The translations under genes were made by a program, and so were the position numbers. A stretch of 64,000 nucleotides of DNA from Flavobacteriales bacterium (lineage in GTDB: Bacteria > Bacteroidota > Bacteroidia > Flavobacteriales_C > GCA-002722245). Positions 1 to 10,277 of the stretch are shown here, piece by piece. The stretch covers positions 23,190 to 87,189 of the forward strand of contig PBLA01000003.1 of the NCBI GenBank assembly GCA_002722245.1. The letters run 5' to 3'. Each line of letters starts with the position of its first letter. Positions within the stretch are counted from its first letter, which is position 1. The notes below the pieces were generated by a model, which was given only the letters and a program-made list of their open reading frames with translations, was not told the origin of the DNA and did no database searches.

Positions 1-141
1 GTGGTTCATTTATTACTGAAATTAAATAAAGAAGCTGGAACTACACTTGTGATTGTAACTCATGATCTAGATTTAGCAAAAAAAACCCAACGAATGGTAG
101 TGCTTAAAGGAGGAAAAGTTTTTGAGGAAGTGAAAAATGGA
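1..141 (+). CDS. ABC transporter ATP-binding protein (LolD/MacB-like), C-terminal fragment; 5' end lies outside the window
   Basis: Frame 1 translates to ...LVIVTHDLDLAKKTQRMVVLKGGKVFEEVKNG*, the typical C-terminal H-loop region of an ABC ATPase. Its stop overlaps the ATG of the downstream FtsX permease (ATGGATAA). Confidence 0.7.
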
Positions 142-2674
142 TAATAAACTAAAACAAAATATTCAACTCGTCTGGTTATTTAAAATGGCATGGCGCGACT
201 GGAGGGCTAGCCGTAAAAAGCTTTATCTTATAATTGCATCGATTGTTTTAGGAATTTCCGCGGTTGTTGCCATCCAGTCCTTTGGAACGAACTTGGTCCA
301 GAAAATAAAGGAGGATTCTAAAAGTTTAATGGGGGCCGATTATATTGTTAGCGCTCGACAACGCCCTACGCCAAAAGTTATTCAAATCGTTGATTCTTTA
401 GGGTATAAAGCACGTGAAATTAATTTTGCATCTATGGCTTTTTTCCCGGCAAATGGAGGAAGTAAGCTTATGAAAATAAGTGCTTACGATGGTATATTCC
501 CTATTTACGGAGAAGTTGAAACAGAGCCCTCAAATGCCTTCAAGAATTATGGCAAAAAAAATGGGGCACTCGTGGATGCTACAGCCATGTTACAATTTAA
601 TTTAGCACTTGGTGACTCCATCAAGATCGGGGAAATTATCCTTCCCATCACTGGGATTTTAAAATCTATACCAGGAAAATCTGCCATTTCAACATCAATC
701 ATACCGCCTGTTTTTATTCCGTTTGAATATATTGCACAAACTGGATTAATTCAGAAGGGAAGCAGGATTGAATATAAATATTATTTCCAAGATGTTGCTT
801 CCAACCTAAAAAAATTAGAAGAAAACTTACTTCCTATTTTAGATTTAGAAAGTGCTGATATAGATACACACATATCTGCTGGACAACAATTGGGTCAGGG
901 ATACAGTAGCTTTGGAAAATTCCTTAAACTCGTTGCATTTACTGCTCTTCTTTTAGGATGCCTAGGTATAGCAAGCGCTACGAACATTTACATCAAGGAA
1001 AAGAAAAAAGCAATTGCTGTTTTAAAATGTGTTGGCTTAACAAGAAAACAAACCTTTTTGATTTATTTGTTTCAAATTATTCTAATAGGATTAATAGGCA
1101 GTATACTTGGTACAGGACTTGGGGTTGCTTTGCAACAGCTATTCCCTATATTACTTCAAGATTTCCTTCCCGTTAATGTCCAATTCTCCATCAATTATAA
1201 TGTAATTGGATTAGGTTTGCTATTGGGTGTAATGATGTCCATTGTGTTCTCCTTATACCCTTTAATAAGTACTTGGTTTGTTACACCTAATGAAGTTTTA
1301 AGAGCACAAGTAAAAACAAATTATAAAATCCGAGTGTTGGCTTTTATAGTAGGGCCAGTAATAGCTATTACTGTTTTTTTATTTTCATTTTTGCTTTTAG
1401 GACAATTGCTCTATTCCATCATTTTCTTAGCTGGAATTTTAGTTGTTTTTGGTTTAATTCGATTAATGGCGGGCCTGTTTATAAAACTTGTCCAAAATTT
1501 ATTTCCAAAAAAATGGAGTTTTCCTGCTCGACAAGGTCTTTCCAATTTGTTCCGACCAGGAAACCAAACCATCACTTTAATTCTTTGTATTGGTGTGGGG
1601 GTATTTTTAATGAATACATTGTATTTAGCGAAAGATGCATTAATAGGAAGTACTTCTTTTCAAAAAGATTCCGACACGCCGAATATTTTATTACTGGATA
1701 TTCAAAAAAACGAACTTGTCCCTGTTTCCAATACTGTTAAATCCTTTAATCAACCGGTTATTGATAAAATTCCTGTTATTGCCATGAAGGTACATAGTAT
1801 AAATGGAATAAGGGCTACTACTCTAAAAGCAGATTCTACCAATGGAATTAAAAATTGGATATTGGATGGGCAGTTCCGTTCCAGTTACAGAGACTCCTTA
1901 ATTGACTCCGAAAATCTTATTGATGGCATATGGATTGGAGAGGTTGAAAACCCAGAAATAATTCCTATTTCTATTGACATCGGATTTAAAAAAGATGCGA
2001 ATCTTGAATTGGGAGATCGTATCGTTTTTAACATTCAAGGCGTTTTTATGGAAACAATAATAGCGAGTATACGAAGAATAGAATGGTCACAAATGAAAAT
2101 GAACTTTTCTGTTCTTTTCCCGAAAGGCGCACTTGAAAATGCTCCTCAATCTAGTGTAATCACTACACAAGCTCCTACGGATTCTATTGCTGCTAAAATG
2201 CAACAAACTTTGGTAGTAAAACATCCAAGCGTAACTGTAATTGACGTGCGATCAGTAATGGGGTTAGTCGCTGGTATTCTGGATAAAATTGCTTGGGTAA
2301 TAAATTTCCTGGCCTTATTTAGTATTCTTACAGGGTTTATCGTTTTAATTGGTGCGGTTCGCACAAGTAAATTTCAACGATTACAAGAGAACGCCATGCT
2401 TAGGACAATAGGTGCACTTAGTAAACAGATTTTTAGAATGACCGCGGTAGAGTATTTAATTTTAGGAATATTGGGCTCCATTTCCGGGGTAGCGCTTTCT
2501 ATTCTTGGGGCATTTCTATTATCTACTTTTTCTTTTAAAATTCCTTTTACAATTTCATGGGAACCCGTAATTACTGTGCCTTTAGTGGTTACAATTGCTG
2601 TTACTTTAATTGGGGTTTTAAATAACCGAGAAATCATAAAAACTTCCCCGAAAGAAATTTTAAGAACAAGTTAA
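137..2674 (+). CDS. ABC transporter permease, duplicated FtsX/MacB-like (845 aa)
   Basis: Long ORF with two FtsX-like 4-TM modules and large periplasmic loops. Translationally coupled to the upstream ABC ATPase. Confidence 0.8.
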   Translation: MDNKLKQNIQLVWLFKMAWRDWRASRKKLYLIIASIVLGISAVVAIQSFGTNLVQKIKEDSKSLMGADYIVSARQRPTPKVIQIVDSLGYKAREINFASMAFFPANGGSKLMKISAYDGIFPIYGEVETEPSNAFKNYGKKNGALVDATAMLQFNLALGDSIKIGEIILPITGILKSIPGKSAISTSIIPPVFIPFEYIAQTGLIQKGSRIEYKYYFQDVASNLKKLEENLLPILDLESADIDTHISAGQQLGQGYSSFGKFLKLVAFTALLLGCLGIASATNIYIKEKKKAIAVLKCVGLTRKQTFLIYLFQIILIGLIGSILGTGLGVALQQLFPILLQDFLPVNVQFSINYNVIGLGLLLGVMMSIVFSLYPLISTWFVTPNEVLRAQVKTNYKIRVLAFIVGPVIAITVFLFSFLLLGQLLYSIIFLAGILVVFGLIRLMAGLFIKLVQNLFPKKWSFPARQGLSNLFRPGNQTITLILCIGVGVFLMNTLYLAKDALIGSTSFQKDSDTPNILLLDIQKNELVPVSNTVKSFNQPVIDKIPVIAMKVHSINGIRATTLKADSTNGIKNWILDGQFRSSYRDSLIDSENLIDGIWIGEVENPEIIPISIDIGFKKDANLELGDRIVFNIQGVFMETIIASIRRIEWSQMKMNFSVLFPKGALENAPQSSVITTQAPTDSIAAKMQQTLVVKHPSVTVIDVRSVMGLVAGILDKIAWVINFLALFSILTGFIVLIGAVRTSKFQRLQENAMLRTIGALSKQIFRMTAVEYLILGILGSISGVALSILGAFLLSTFSFKIPFTISWEPVITVPLVVTIAVTLIGVLNNREIIKTSPKEILRTS

Positions 2675-4779
2675 TCATAAAATAAATTCCTCTCCTTATT
2701 GATGAATTCCATTAATGAATCAGATGAACAGATGCTTTCCGGAAGTCTTTTTGCTACAACAGAGGGAATATTTTTATCATACATTCGAATAACATCTTCA
2801 TTATTAATGTAAAACAACCCTTCTGTAGAGAACACAAATATAACCTCCATAGAAGGCTTTGGCAAAATAACCCTACCACTTGGATAAGAAAGTGCTGAAT
2901 TAAAATTTAATGAAACTACACTTATTTTTTTTATTTCTTTTATGGACCTCTTATTTATATTTTTAAACACTGTTGAAATTGGTTTAAACGCTTCATCATT
3001 TATTAATCGAATGCCATCTAAGTTTGAACGTCCGAATCTAACACTCCTTAATGATACCGTACTTTTTGCTGTTAAACCATTTGATTTAATATTAATTTGA
3101 TATAAACTATCACTCGGTGTATCACCCATTATTGCTTCTATAATTTGTTCTTTATTTTCCCGACTACTTGTTCCGTTTCTTTTCTTTACGATATTATTTA
3201 AGGAATCTGTGTTGTATAATGGAGCATACAACATGGCTACTTTATTTGGAGGGGCTATATGTGTTTTGTGGTTACAGGTATTACAGTTTTTATCCAACAG
3301 TTTAAACAATAATTCTCTAGCTTCATAACACATAATAGGGTTTTTATTGTAAACAGCAACCTCATCAATATGTACTTTAGCCTGAACTTTTTTTCGTCTA
3401 CCCTTATTTGGAATTTTTACCTCAAATTCCATAACACCATAAACATCTCTTTTCATATCGTAAGGATCGGGAAGACCTCTTTTCTTTGCTCTATTTTGGC
3501 GGTATTTTTTCCAAAGAAAATTAGCTACAAGAGCATAAGGATTCGAAGAGCTAGATGTTTGGCGATCAACTAAATCTTTTCTTCTGGCTATTTCAGTATT
3601 TAAAGCCTCTGACTTAACAGTTCCTTTCACCCAGAAGTCACATATTTTTTCAGTATCACATTTCAATCTTAATGGTTTTCTTTTACCACCTTTCTCTTGT
3701 TTTACTTTTGCTTTTCGTATCCATTTCCCCCCTCTGAATTCATAATAATCCATATCAATATTTGGGTCTGTTAAAACAAACTCAATTTCAACTGAATCTC
3801 TCATTTTAGGATTCATTTTTAGTGATTCATCTAAAGGAATAAACTCAAACATACCAGCACTTTCAAACTGGTATTCTTTTCCATTTTCATTATAAATCAT
3901 TGGTATTCCTGAAAATGCTATCTCAGCTTGATTCCGATATTCTCGATATAGCAGTTTTATTGGTTCTATACCTTCAAAATTCGCATCTCTTTTGAATAAG
4001 TTTCTAGGTAATTTAATTTTTGTCCCCGATCTTTTGTACTCATGAACCATCTCGTTTGAAGGATCATAACATATCGTGTCATATTCTGGAATAAAATCTT
4101 CCATTTTAACGTGTGATATTCCACTTGTTGTATCTAAATCTTTAATTAAATCTAATGAAGATATTTCTTCTGAATCTTCACTTAAAGTTTGAGATTCTTT
4201 TGGAGTTAAGGAATCAGAAAAATTAGAGACTGAGGTTAAAAAAACATCTCTTTTTTTACTAGATTGATCCTCAATTTCATCCTCATTATAAACTAAATTA
4301 TCCGAAATTATTGATTGCTCAATATTCAATGAATTTGAATCCTCAGGAACATTTATCATATTTAATGTTTGAGCTGCTTTTTCTTCATTAAGAACTTCAG
4401 ATTCCTTTTTTGATTCAAAAACTCCCATTTGGGATTTTGATTCTACTTGAAGAGACGTTTTTACTGATTCTTTAGTTGACCAAGTTATACCCCAAAAAAC
4501 TCCTCCCGCAACCAAAAGGACTAAAATACTATTCAACCAAATATTCTTCTGCCACCATTTTTTTCCATTCTTTTCAAAATGAGTTTCATGAAATACATTT
4601 AATTGATTTTTAAATGCTAATCGCTCACTTCTCTTTATTAACTGTCGCTGGAATTCAACTTCTTTTGCTAATTCTGGACTAGTTATTATTTCATCTTCAA
4701 AATTGGCGACCTCATCTTGAGGCAGATTACCTGTTAAATATTCCTCTATGTATTTAAACTTCTCTAACTCTGGCCTCAT
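2671..4779 (-). CDS. Putative membrane-anchored anti-sigma factor with a large (~600 aa) uncharacterised extracytoplasmic domain
   Basis: Start overlaps the stop of the upstream ECF sigma gene (ATGA). The N-terminal ~75 aa resemble a zinc-less anti-sigma N-domain (KYIEEYLTGNLPQDEVANFEDEI...). A single TM follows (NIWLNSILVLLVAGGVFWGITW). The remaining ~600 residues are K/R- and Cys-containing with no motif I recognise. Confidence 0.45.
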   Translation of the reverse strand: MRPELEKFKYIEEYLTGNLPQDEVANFEDEIITSPELAKEVEFQRQLIKRSERLAFKNQLNVFHETHFEKNGKKWWQKNIWLNSILVLLVAGGVFWGITWSTKESVKTSLQVESKSQMGVFESKKESEVLNEEKAAQTLNMINVPEDSNSLNIEQSIISDNLVYNEDEIEDQSSKKRDVFLTSVSNFSDSLTPKESQTLSEDSEEISSLDLIKDLDTTSGISHVKMEDFIPEYDTICYDPSNEMVHEYKRSGTKIKLPRNLFKRDANFEGIEPIKLLYREYRNQAEIAFSGIPMIYNENGKEYQFESAGMFEFIPLDESLKMNPKMRDSVEIEFVLTDPNIDMDYYEFRGGKWIRKAKVKQEKGGKRKPLRLKCDTEKICDFWVKGTVKSEALNTEIARRKDLVDRQTSSSSNPYALVANFLWKKYRQNRAKKRGLPDPYDMKRDVYGVMEFEVKIPNKGRRKKVQAKVHIDEVAVYNKNPIMCYEARELLFKLLDKNCNTCNHKTHIAPPNKVAMLYAPLYNTDSLNNIVKKRNGTSSRENKEQIIEAIMGDTPSDSLYQINIKSNGLTAKSTVSLRSVRFGRSNLDGIRLINDEAFKPISTVFKNINKRSIKEIKKISVVSLNFNSALSYPSGRVILPKPSMEVIFVFSTEGLFYINNEDVIRMYDKNIPSVVAKRLPESICSSDSLMEFINKERNLFYD

Positions 4780-5345
4780 GACTTATAATTTTTAGGTTCA
4801 ACATTTTTTTGAATGACTACTGCTAATTTTTTTGCCCTTTCAATACACTTGTATTTTTGGGTTTTAGCAGCATTTTCTGAACTAAAATTCAAGTCACGAG
4901 CAATTTCTCGCATAGACTTTTTTAAAAAATAGAAATGCTTAAATACAGCTTGGCATTTTTCGCTTAACTGAAGTATTATATTATCTAAATATCCGTATAA
5001 TTTTTCCTCCTCTTGATAGGCTTCTACTTCTTCCTCTGTGTCAATTATATTTTCAACTTTCGACCCAATCTTTTTGCCTCGATCTCTTAATCTTGATCGC
5101 CATAAATTTTTGGCAATTGCATGAACGTATGTATTGGCCTGACAAGTTAATTCAAAGGTTGGTTTCTTTGCCTGCTCATAAAAAATGACCATAGCTTCCT
5201 GAAAAACATCTTTAGCCTCATCTTCATCTCCTGAGTTCTTAATAATATAACTTTTCACCACGGGATAGTACAAATAAATCTCTTCTATGAATTCAGAAGA
5301 ATTTCCTTGTCGGATGGCAGTTAATAATGTGTTGTTATTCATCAC
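4776..5345 (-). CDS. RNA polymerase sigma-70 factor, ECF subfamily
   Basis: 189 aa, with sigma-2 and sigma-4 regions (…FQEAMVIFYEQ…, …MREIARDLNFSSENAAKTQKYKCIERAKKL). Forms an operon with the downstream anti-sigma-like gene. Confidence 0.85.
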   Translation of the reverse strand: MMNNNTLLTAIRQGNSSEFIEEIYLYYPVVKSYIIKNSGDEDEAKDVFQEAMVIFYEQAKKPTFELTCQANTYVHAIAKNLWRSRLRDRGKKIGSKVENIIDTEEEVEAYQEEEKLYGYLDNIILQLSEKCQAVFKHFYFLKKSMREIARDLNFSSENAAKTQKYKCIERAKKLAVVIQKNVEPKNYKS

Positions 5346-5536
5346 TTTACTTTCCCATTAATGCAGAGGATAGCAAAAGTAACCTCTTTTTTTATAAAAA
5401 AATAAATTACTCGATTTAATGTGCTGTATATCAGAAACATAAAAAGTTTGTTCTGCATAAATAGCCACTCTTAATTTCGATACATAATGCCGTAAAACTA
5501 ATTAGTTAACGATAAATAATTCATTATATTAAAGCA

Positions 5537-7345
5537 ATGAAAATAACCTTGGCTATACTCCTATTCTCGTTTATTACCAACCAGTCCTATTCCCAATGCT
5601 TTGGCGCAGGAGGTAATGGTGATTTTGAAGGAGAAGATGCTTTAAATCAATTTGTAGCGAATACTCAAGGAAATGGTTCTTTTGATGTTACTTCAGAAAC
5701 TAGTTATACGGGTAGTCAATCACTAAAGGTAGATGTTACTGTAGCGGGTAATTGGCAAGTAAGAATATTTAATGGTGGAGTATGTTATTTCGATTTGATT
5801 CCAAATGAAAACTATACCGTCTCTTTTTACATGAAAGGTGAAATAGGTAAGAATGTCAATGTTTCAATAATGGATAATACAACAGTTGATCAAGAGCAGG
5901 AGGTTGTCATTTCATCTTCAGATTGGAAACTATATACTGTTACCCTGAAAGCCAGTAAGACTTCCTCTTCTGGAAGAATAAAAGTTATTTTTAAAGACGC
6001 AGGTGTTTACTTTATAGATGATCTCCGATTAAATGCCTTTGATTGTAATGGAGACATAGGAGGAACTGCTTCACTGGACGGATGTGGAATTTGTTCAGGC
6101 GGTAATACAGGAGTTTCACCCATTAGCGATTGCTCTTTTCAAGCCATCGATCCCACAAATCAATTTATTGTGTATGAAGGAGTAGTTGAAAAGGAGATTT
6201 CTTCAGAAAAAGCTACTTTGTTCAGATTTACAAAAGACTATGCAACATCAGAAGTTTCAGGTTTTTACCAACAAAAAAGAGCCGCTGCATCTAGTGGAAT
6301 TAAAATTCGATTCAAAACGTCAAGTCCAAAAATAAAAGCCTATTTCCAAGAAAATTTAACGCATGGAGATGACGTTTTTTGGCACACATTTGATGTATTT
6401 AGAAATGGAACTTTTCTTTTTGACGATCAAGGATGGGAAATTGAAGGGGAAAATCCTACTCAAGAAGTTGTAGAATGGGCCATTACTTTACCCTCTTATT
6501 CTATGATTGAATTTCTAAAACTAGAAATCATCAATGGATTTGAACTAGAACCTATTAGTAAGGATAAACCTGTTTATATAGCTATTGGGAACTCCATCAC
6601 GCACGGAATGGGAATTGACTCTTTCTCTACACGAAAAACATATCCCCATGTGGTTGCAGATTCTTTAGGTTATGAATTGTATAATTGGGGAATTGGTGGG
6701 TCTAAGATCTATGAAGGTATTTTAAGCAATTTTATTCCTGAATTAGACCCGGATTTAATTACAATACTTTGGGGCTATAACGATGTTCACTATTCGGGAC
6801 ATGACTCTTATTTATCCTTAAATACTTTTCCAAAGTATGAAACGCTCATTGGCACCATGGCGCAAAACTTTCCTGAAGCTTGTATAATGGCTGTTTTGTC
6901 ACCATACACAACGAATCCTGTTCATACAGATGCACGTACAATTGACAGTTTAAAAAGTGGTCAATTAGAGGTAATTAGGAAACTACAGCAAACTTATTCA
7001 AATCTTAATTTTATGGACGGATTGGATTACACAGGTCAAGAGGATTTAAATGATGATGTTCATTTAAATTCTAACGGGAATAAGTCACTTGCCTATGGTA
7101 TTATTTCAGAATTACCCTGTTCAACACCTACCAATACATTTAAAAAACAAATAGAATTAAACCCCATAATTTTTTATCAATCGGATGTTTTGTCTTGGAA
7201 AAAAACATCCACATATAGTCTTATTGATTTCAGTGGTAAAATCGTTGCGTCTGGGGAAGGCAACCAAGTACATATAAATGGATTTGTTCATGGTATTTAC
7301 TTCTTAAAAATAGGGGAGAATTTCACAAAACTACTTTTGAATTAG
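5537..7345 (+). CDS. Secreted SGNH/GDSL-type hydrolase (carbohydrate esterase-like) with N-terminal CBM-like domain and T9SS type-A C-terminal sorting domain
   Basis: Signal peptide MKITLAILLFSFITNQSYSQ. SGNH block I VYIAIGNSITHG and block V DDVHLN. C-terminal ~80 aa match the T9SS CTD pattern (…SGKIVASGEGNQVHINGFVHGIYFLKIGENFTKLLLN). Confidence 0.75.
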   Translation: MKITLAILLFSFITNQSYSQCFGAGGNGDFEGEDALNQFVANTQGNGSFDVTSETSYTGSQSLKVDVTVAGNWQVRIFNGGVCYFDLIPNENYTVSFYMKGEIGKNVNVSIMDNTTVDQEQEVVISSSDWKLYTVTLKASKTSSSGRIKVIFKDAGVYFIDDLRLNAFDCNGDIGGTASLDGCGICSGGNTGVSPISDCSFQAIDPTNQFIVYEGVVEKEISSEKATLFRFTKDYATSEVSGFYQQKRAAASSGIKIRFKTSSPKIKAYFQENLTHGDDVFWHTFDVFRNGTFLFDDQGWEIEGENPTQEVVEWAITLPSYSMIEFLKLEIINGFELEPISKDKPVYIAIGNSITHGMGIDSFSTRKTYPHVVADSLGYELYNWGIGGSKIYEGILSNFIPELDPDLITILWGYNDVHYSGHDSYLSLNTFPKYETLIGTMAQNFPEACIMAVLSPYTTNPVHTDARTIDSLKSGQLEVIRKLQQTYSNLNFMDGLDYTGQEDLNDDVHLNSNGNKSLAYGIISELPCSTPTNTFKKQIELNPIIFYQSDVLSWKKTSTYSLIDFSGKIVASGEGNQVHINGFVHGIYFLKIGENFTKLLLN

Positions 7346-7374
7346 AACAACGTAAAATTCATCAAAAGAGGTGG

Positions 7375-10122
7375 TTATTTTACTACTAATTCCTTGACAG
7401 TCGTTTTGTTCATAACAACGGAGTAAATACCCGCCTTTAAATCTGAAATGTCGAGTTTGTTAATGTTACGTTCATTCACTATTCGTTGTCCAATATGATT
7501 ATATACTTGGAGTTGAGTAAGCGTTTGTGAAAAATGAATTGTTGTAATTGATGGATTAGGATAAAAACTTATCGTTTCATTAAGCTTTTCTTCTAATGAA
7601 ACAAGTGTGCTATTATGTTCAAAGTAGGCAGATGTTCCTGTTTCCGGACTTAATTCTTTTCCTTCACAAATCATATGACTTCCTTCTCCGATATACATCG
7701 TAATTAATGAATCCAAATCATCGGTGTTTTTGTACTTTCTAACAATCCCAAATCTTCCTGTAAATTGTATTGATTCACTTGGCATGTTAAAAGACGATGA
7801 TGCATTATCGTGTGAAATGATAAAATCAACAATTGATCTTCCATGAACATGTGAAGTGACTTTTGCTCCAACAATTTGATGATTTGTGTAGAGGTTTTCA
7901 ATGGATTGGATGGATGTCGCCACTTTTGATGGCTCAAATGCTAAAATAAACGGACGATTCCATGCTTCTCCATATTGGCGAATAATCATGACCTGAGCAG
8001 AATCATTTTGAGAAGGATCGCTTTGCTCAGCTTTATATTCGCTTTCTGTTTCCAAAATAGGAGGTGCAATACAACTGGTGTATTCTCGATGAATTCCTCC
8101 TGGTATCTGCACATGCATAGCCGCACCAATTTTATCTACATCAAACTTAGCCTTTATAGGTGAATCGGTAGAATCACTTGTGTTCAGTGCGCGAAAATAT
8201 TGCCATCCGGGGAAATCAATGTGTGCTGTATCGGTAGTTGTTCTGGCTTCCACTCTAGTGATATTTGATGAAAATCTGGTTTGATCAGAACTTAAAACGC
8301 CAGGGGTTATTTCTTCATTATTTGAAGTAAGCGTGACACGCTCACCGTAATTATGGTATAAATAATCATGGTAATTATTGCTGTCTTTTGATTGAGACCG
8401 AAAGATATCGAGATAATATCCTGTTTCAGGCCCTGTTCGAATAATGGTAAACGTTCGTTGTTGTAGTGCATTATTAATTTCATCATCTAATTCAACGGTA
8501 ACAAATGAAAAATTAGTTGAAACTGGAGCAAATGGTCCGTCAGAATTGGTTTGATCCATATTTACATCAGGCTCAATGGCTAAAATTTGTGCCGTATTTT
8601 GATACAATGCATTATCCCACTTCCAAGATTTTCCATCATGGACACCTTTGGAATTACCATTTACAATAACGGTATTCTTATTTGCATAAATTCGATGATA
8701 ATTCCGGTAAACTTCAGAGCTTCTGGTGGAGGAGGCCTTCGGATCTCCACTTCCTGCGCCCATTACCATGCCGCTTCCATAGAGCTCCATTTCAATTCCT
8801 GTGAGGTGAGAATGAACATAATGTGCACCACCTATATATCCCATGAGTCCAAATGTTTCAATATCCGGAGTTTCATAGTTTCGTAATACCCCAACTCCTG
8901 CATGTGGAAACTTAGCACTACGATGGTATTCAACCGTTTCGAAATTGTTTTCTAAATCAATATTGTCTCCAAAAAACAACATACATGGATTGTCCCATTC
9001 TAATCCTTCATTTTCAATAATTGGTTCAAATTTTTGCTCATTGTTATACACGCCTTGAATTCGCTCCATTGCTAAATTTTTATAAGTATTTAACCCATTA
9101 CTGTGTGCGATCTCAAATACACGTAAATAGAGGTTTTCAAAGTGGGTATGCTTTGTTCTCCTCGAATCTCCATATCGAACCATTGCCTCGTAATTCGGAT
9201 ACTTCAAATTTTCATACAAAAAAGCACCTTTTAATACTTTTCTACTGACATTAATCAAATTAAGAGAGGGATCATAGCGACTCGCAATATGAAGCATATG
9301 CAAGGTTACTTCATGGGTTTCTTTTCCATAACTAGTGGATTCTGGCCATAAAAAATCATGATCTTTAATGGTTTGTAACATGAGGTGTAAACCATCCTGA
9401 TTGGGTGTCCCGTTCATAAATTTATCAAAGTACTCATTTCGCACACTATCCTCTTCAATAACCAAGAGATTAAATAAGGCACCACTTGCCTCAAGCATAG
9501 GATGATTGGATCCTGTATTTCCTCTATTAAATACTTCATCAGCGAGTTTAATGAATGAGGCCTGTGCTTTGTCCTGATTGAATAGTTCCCTTTGTGCTGT
9601 TTTTAAATTGTATATGGTCGTTCCAGAATCAATTAAAAAGGGTTGAATAAAGTCGTATGTCATACCAACTTTTGGATATAAATCTCTACTTTCAATCCAA
9701 TGACCTGTTTTAGAAAAGTATAAATTCCCTGTTTCCAGTGAAATTTGCAAGGTGTAGTGAGATAGTATATCTGCTGCAAACTGGGCGTATTTATCCTCCT
9801 GATCTAAAAAATATAAGAACCCTGCCTGAACAGCATCAAACAATGCTTTACTGTGATCATTTCGCGTGTTTTCATCTTTTGATAAATCCGGAAGCGTAAG
9901 TAAATAAGTAGTAGGATCAACAATATGAGCATCCACCAATTCATCAATTGATTCATGAAGATCGTTGTATAACTTCGCACACCATTTTTGATTGGTATCT
10001 GCATTTATTTTATCCAAAACCGTTTGTCGTTCAGATGGAGAAGTCCAAATATGGGGGTGTGTTAATGATTGACCTTTACTTATCAAACTACACAATATCA
10101 CAAAATATAAAAGGAATTTCAT
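7375..10122 (-). CDS. Putative polysaccharide lyase (heparinase II/III- or alginate-lyase-like alpha/alpha toroid) with T9SS type-A CTD
   Basis: Likely start at the internal Met MKFLLYFVILCSLISKGQS (signal peptide); the track ORF begins at 10170. N-terminal HPHIWTSPSERQ... resembles lyase N-domains. C-terminal FYPNPS…AGIYSVVMNKTTVKELVVK is a T9SS CTD. The lyase family call is tentative. Confidence 0.5.
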   Translation of the reverse strand: MKFLLYFVILCSLISKGQSLTHPHIWTSPSERQTVLDKINADTNQKWCAKLYNDLHESIDELVDAHIVDPTTYLLTLPDLSKDENTRNDHSKALFDAVQAGFLYFLDQEDKYAQFAADILSHYTLQISLETGNLYFSKTGHWIESRDLYPKVGMTYDFIQPFLIDSGTTIYNLKTAQRELFNQDKAQASFIKLADEVFNRGNTGSNHPMLEASGALFNLLVIEEDSVRNEYFDKFMNGTPNQDGLHLMLQTIKDHDFLWPESTSYGKETHEVTLHMLHIASRYDPSLNLINVSRKVLKGAFLYENLKYPNYEAMVRYGDSRRTKHTHFENLYLRVFEIAHSNGLNTYKNLAMERIQGVYNNEQKFEPIIENEGLEWDNPCMLFFGDNIDLENNFETVEYHRSAKFPHAGVGVLRNYETPDIETFGLMGYIGGAHYVHSHLTGIEMELYGSGMVMGAGSGDPKASSTRSSEVYRNYHRIYANKNTVIVNGNSKGVHDGKSWKWDNALYQNTAQILAIEPDVNMDQTNSDGPFAPVSTNFSFVTVELDDEINNALQQRTFTIIRTGPETGYYLDIFRSQSKDSNNYHDYLYHNYGERVTLTSNNEEITPGVLSSDQTRFSSNITRVEARTTTDTAHIDFPGWQYFRALNTSDSTDSPIKAKFDVDKIGAAMHVQIPGGIHREYTSCIAPPILETESEYKAEQSDPSQNDSAQVMIIRQYGEAWNRPFILAFEPSKVATSIQSIENLYTNHQIVGAKVTSHVHGRSIVDFIISHDNASSSFNMPSESIQFTGRFGIVRKYKNTDDLDSLITMYIGEGSHMICEGKELSPETGTSAYFEHNSTLVSLEEKLNETISFYPNPSITTIHFSQTLTQLQVYNHIGQRIVNERNINKLDISDLKAGIYSVVMNKTTVKELVVK

Positions 10123-10277
10123 GTTCTGAAAAAGGTTTTGGCTAATCCTGTTATCTCCAAAATCGTTCAAAAAACTATTTTGACAAGGGACCTTAATCCC
10201 TTTTAATAATCAGAATCAATATAATGTTTTTTCTACGCGATTGAGGAACTTTTGATTCAAAAGGATGTGGAAGAAAT

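Noticed and set aside
958-1740. Nested small + strand ORFs (72 and 75 aa) in alternative frames
   Set aside because: They lie inside the FtsX permease gene in other frames. Their Cys/Arg-rich odd composition is consistent with out-of-frame reading of AT-rich coding DNA.
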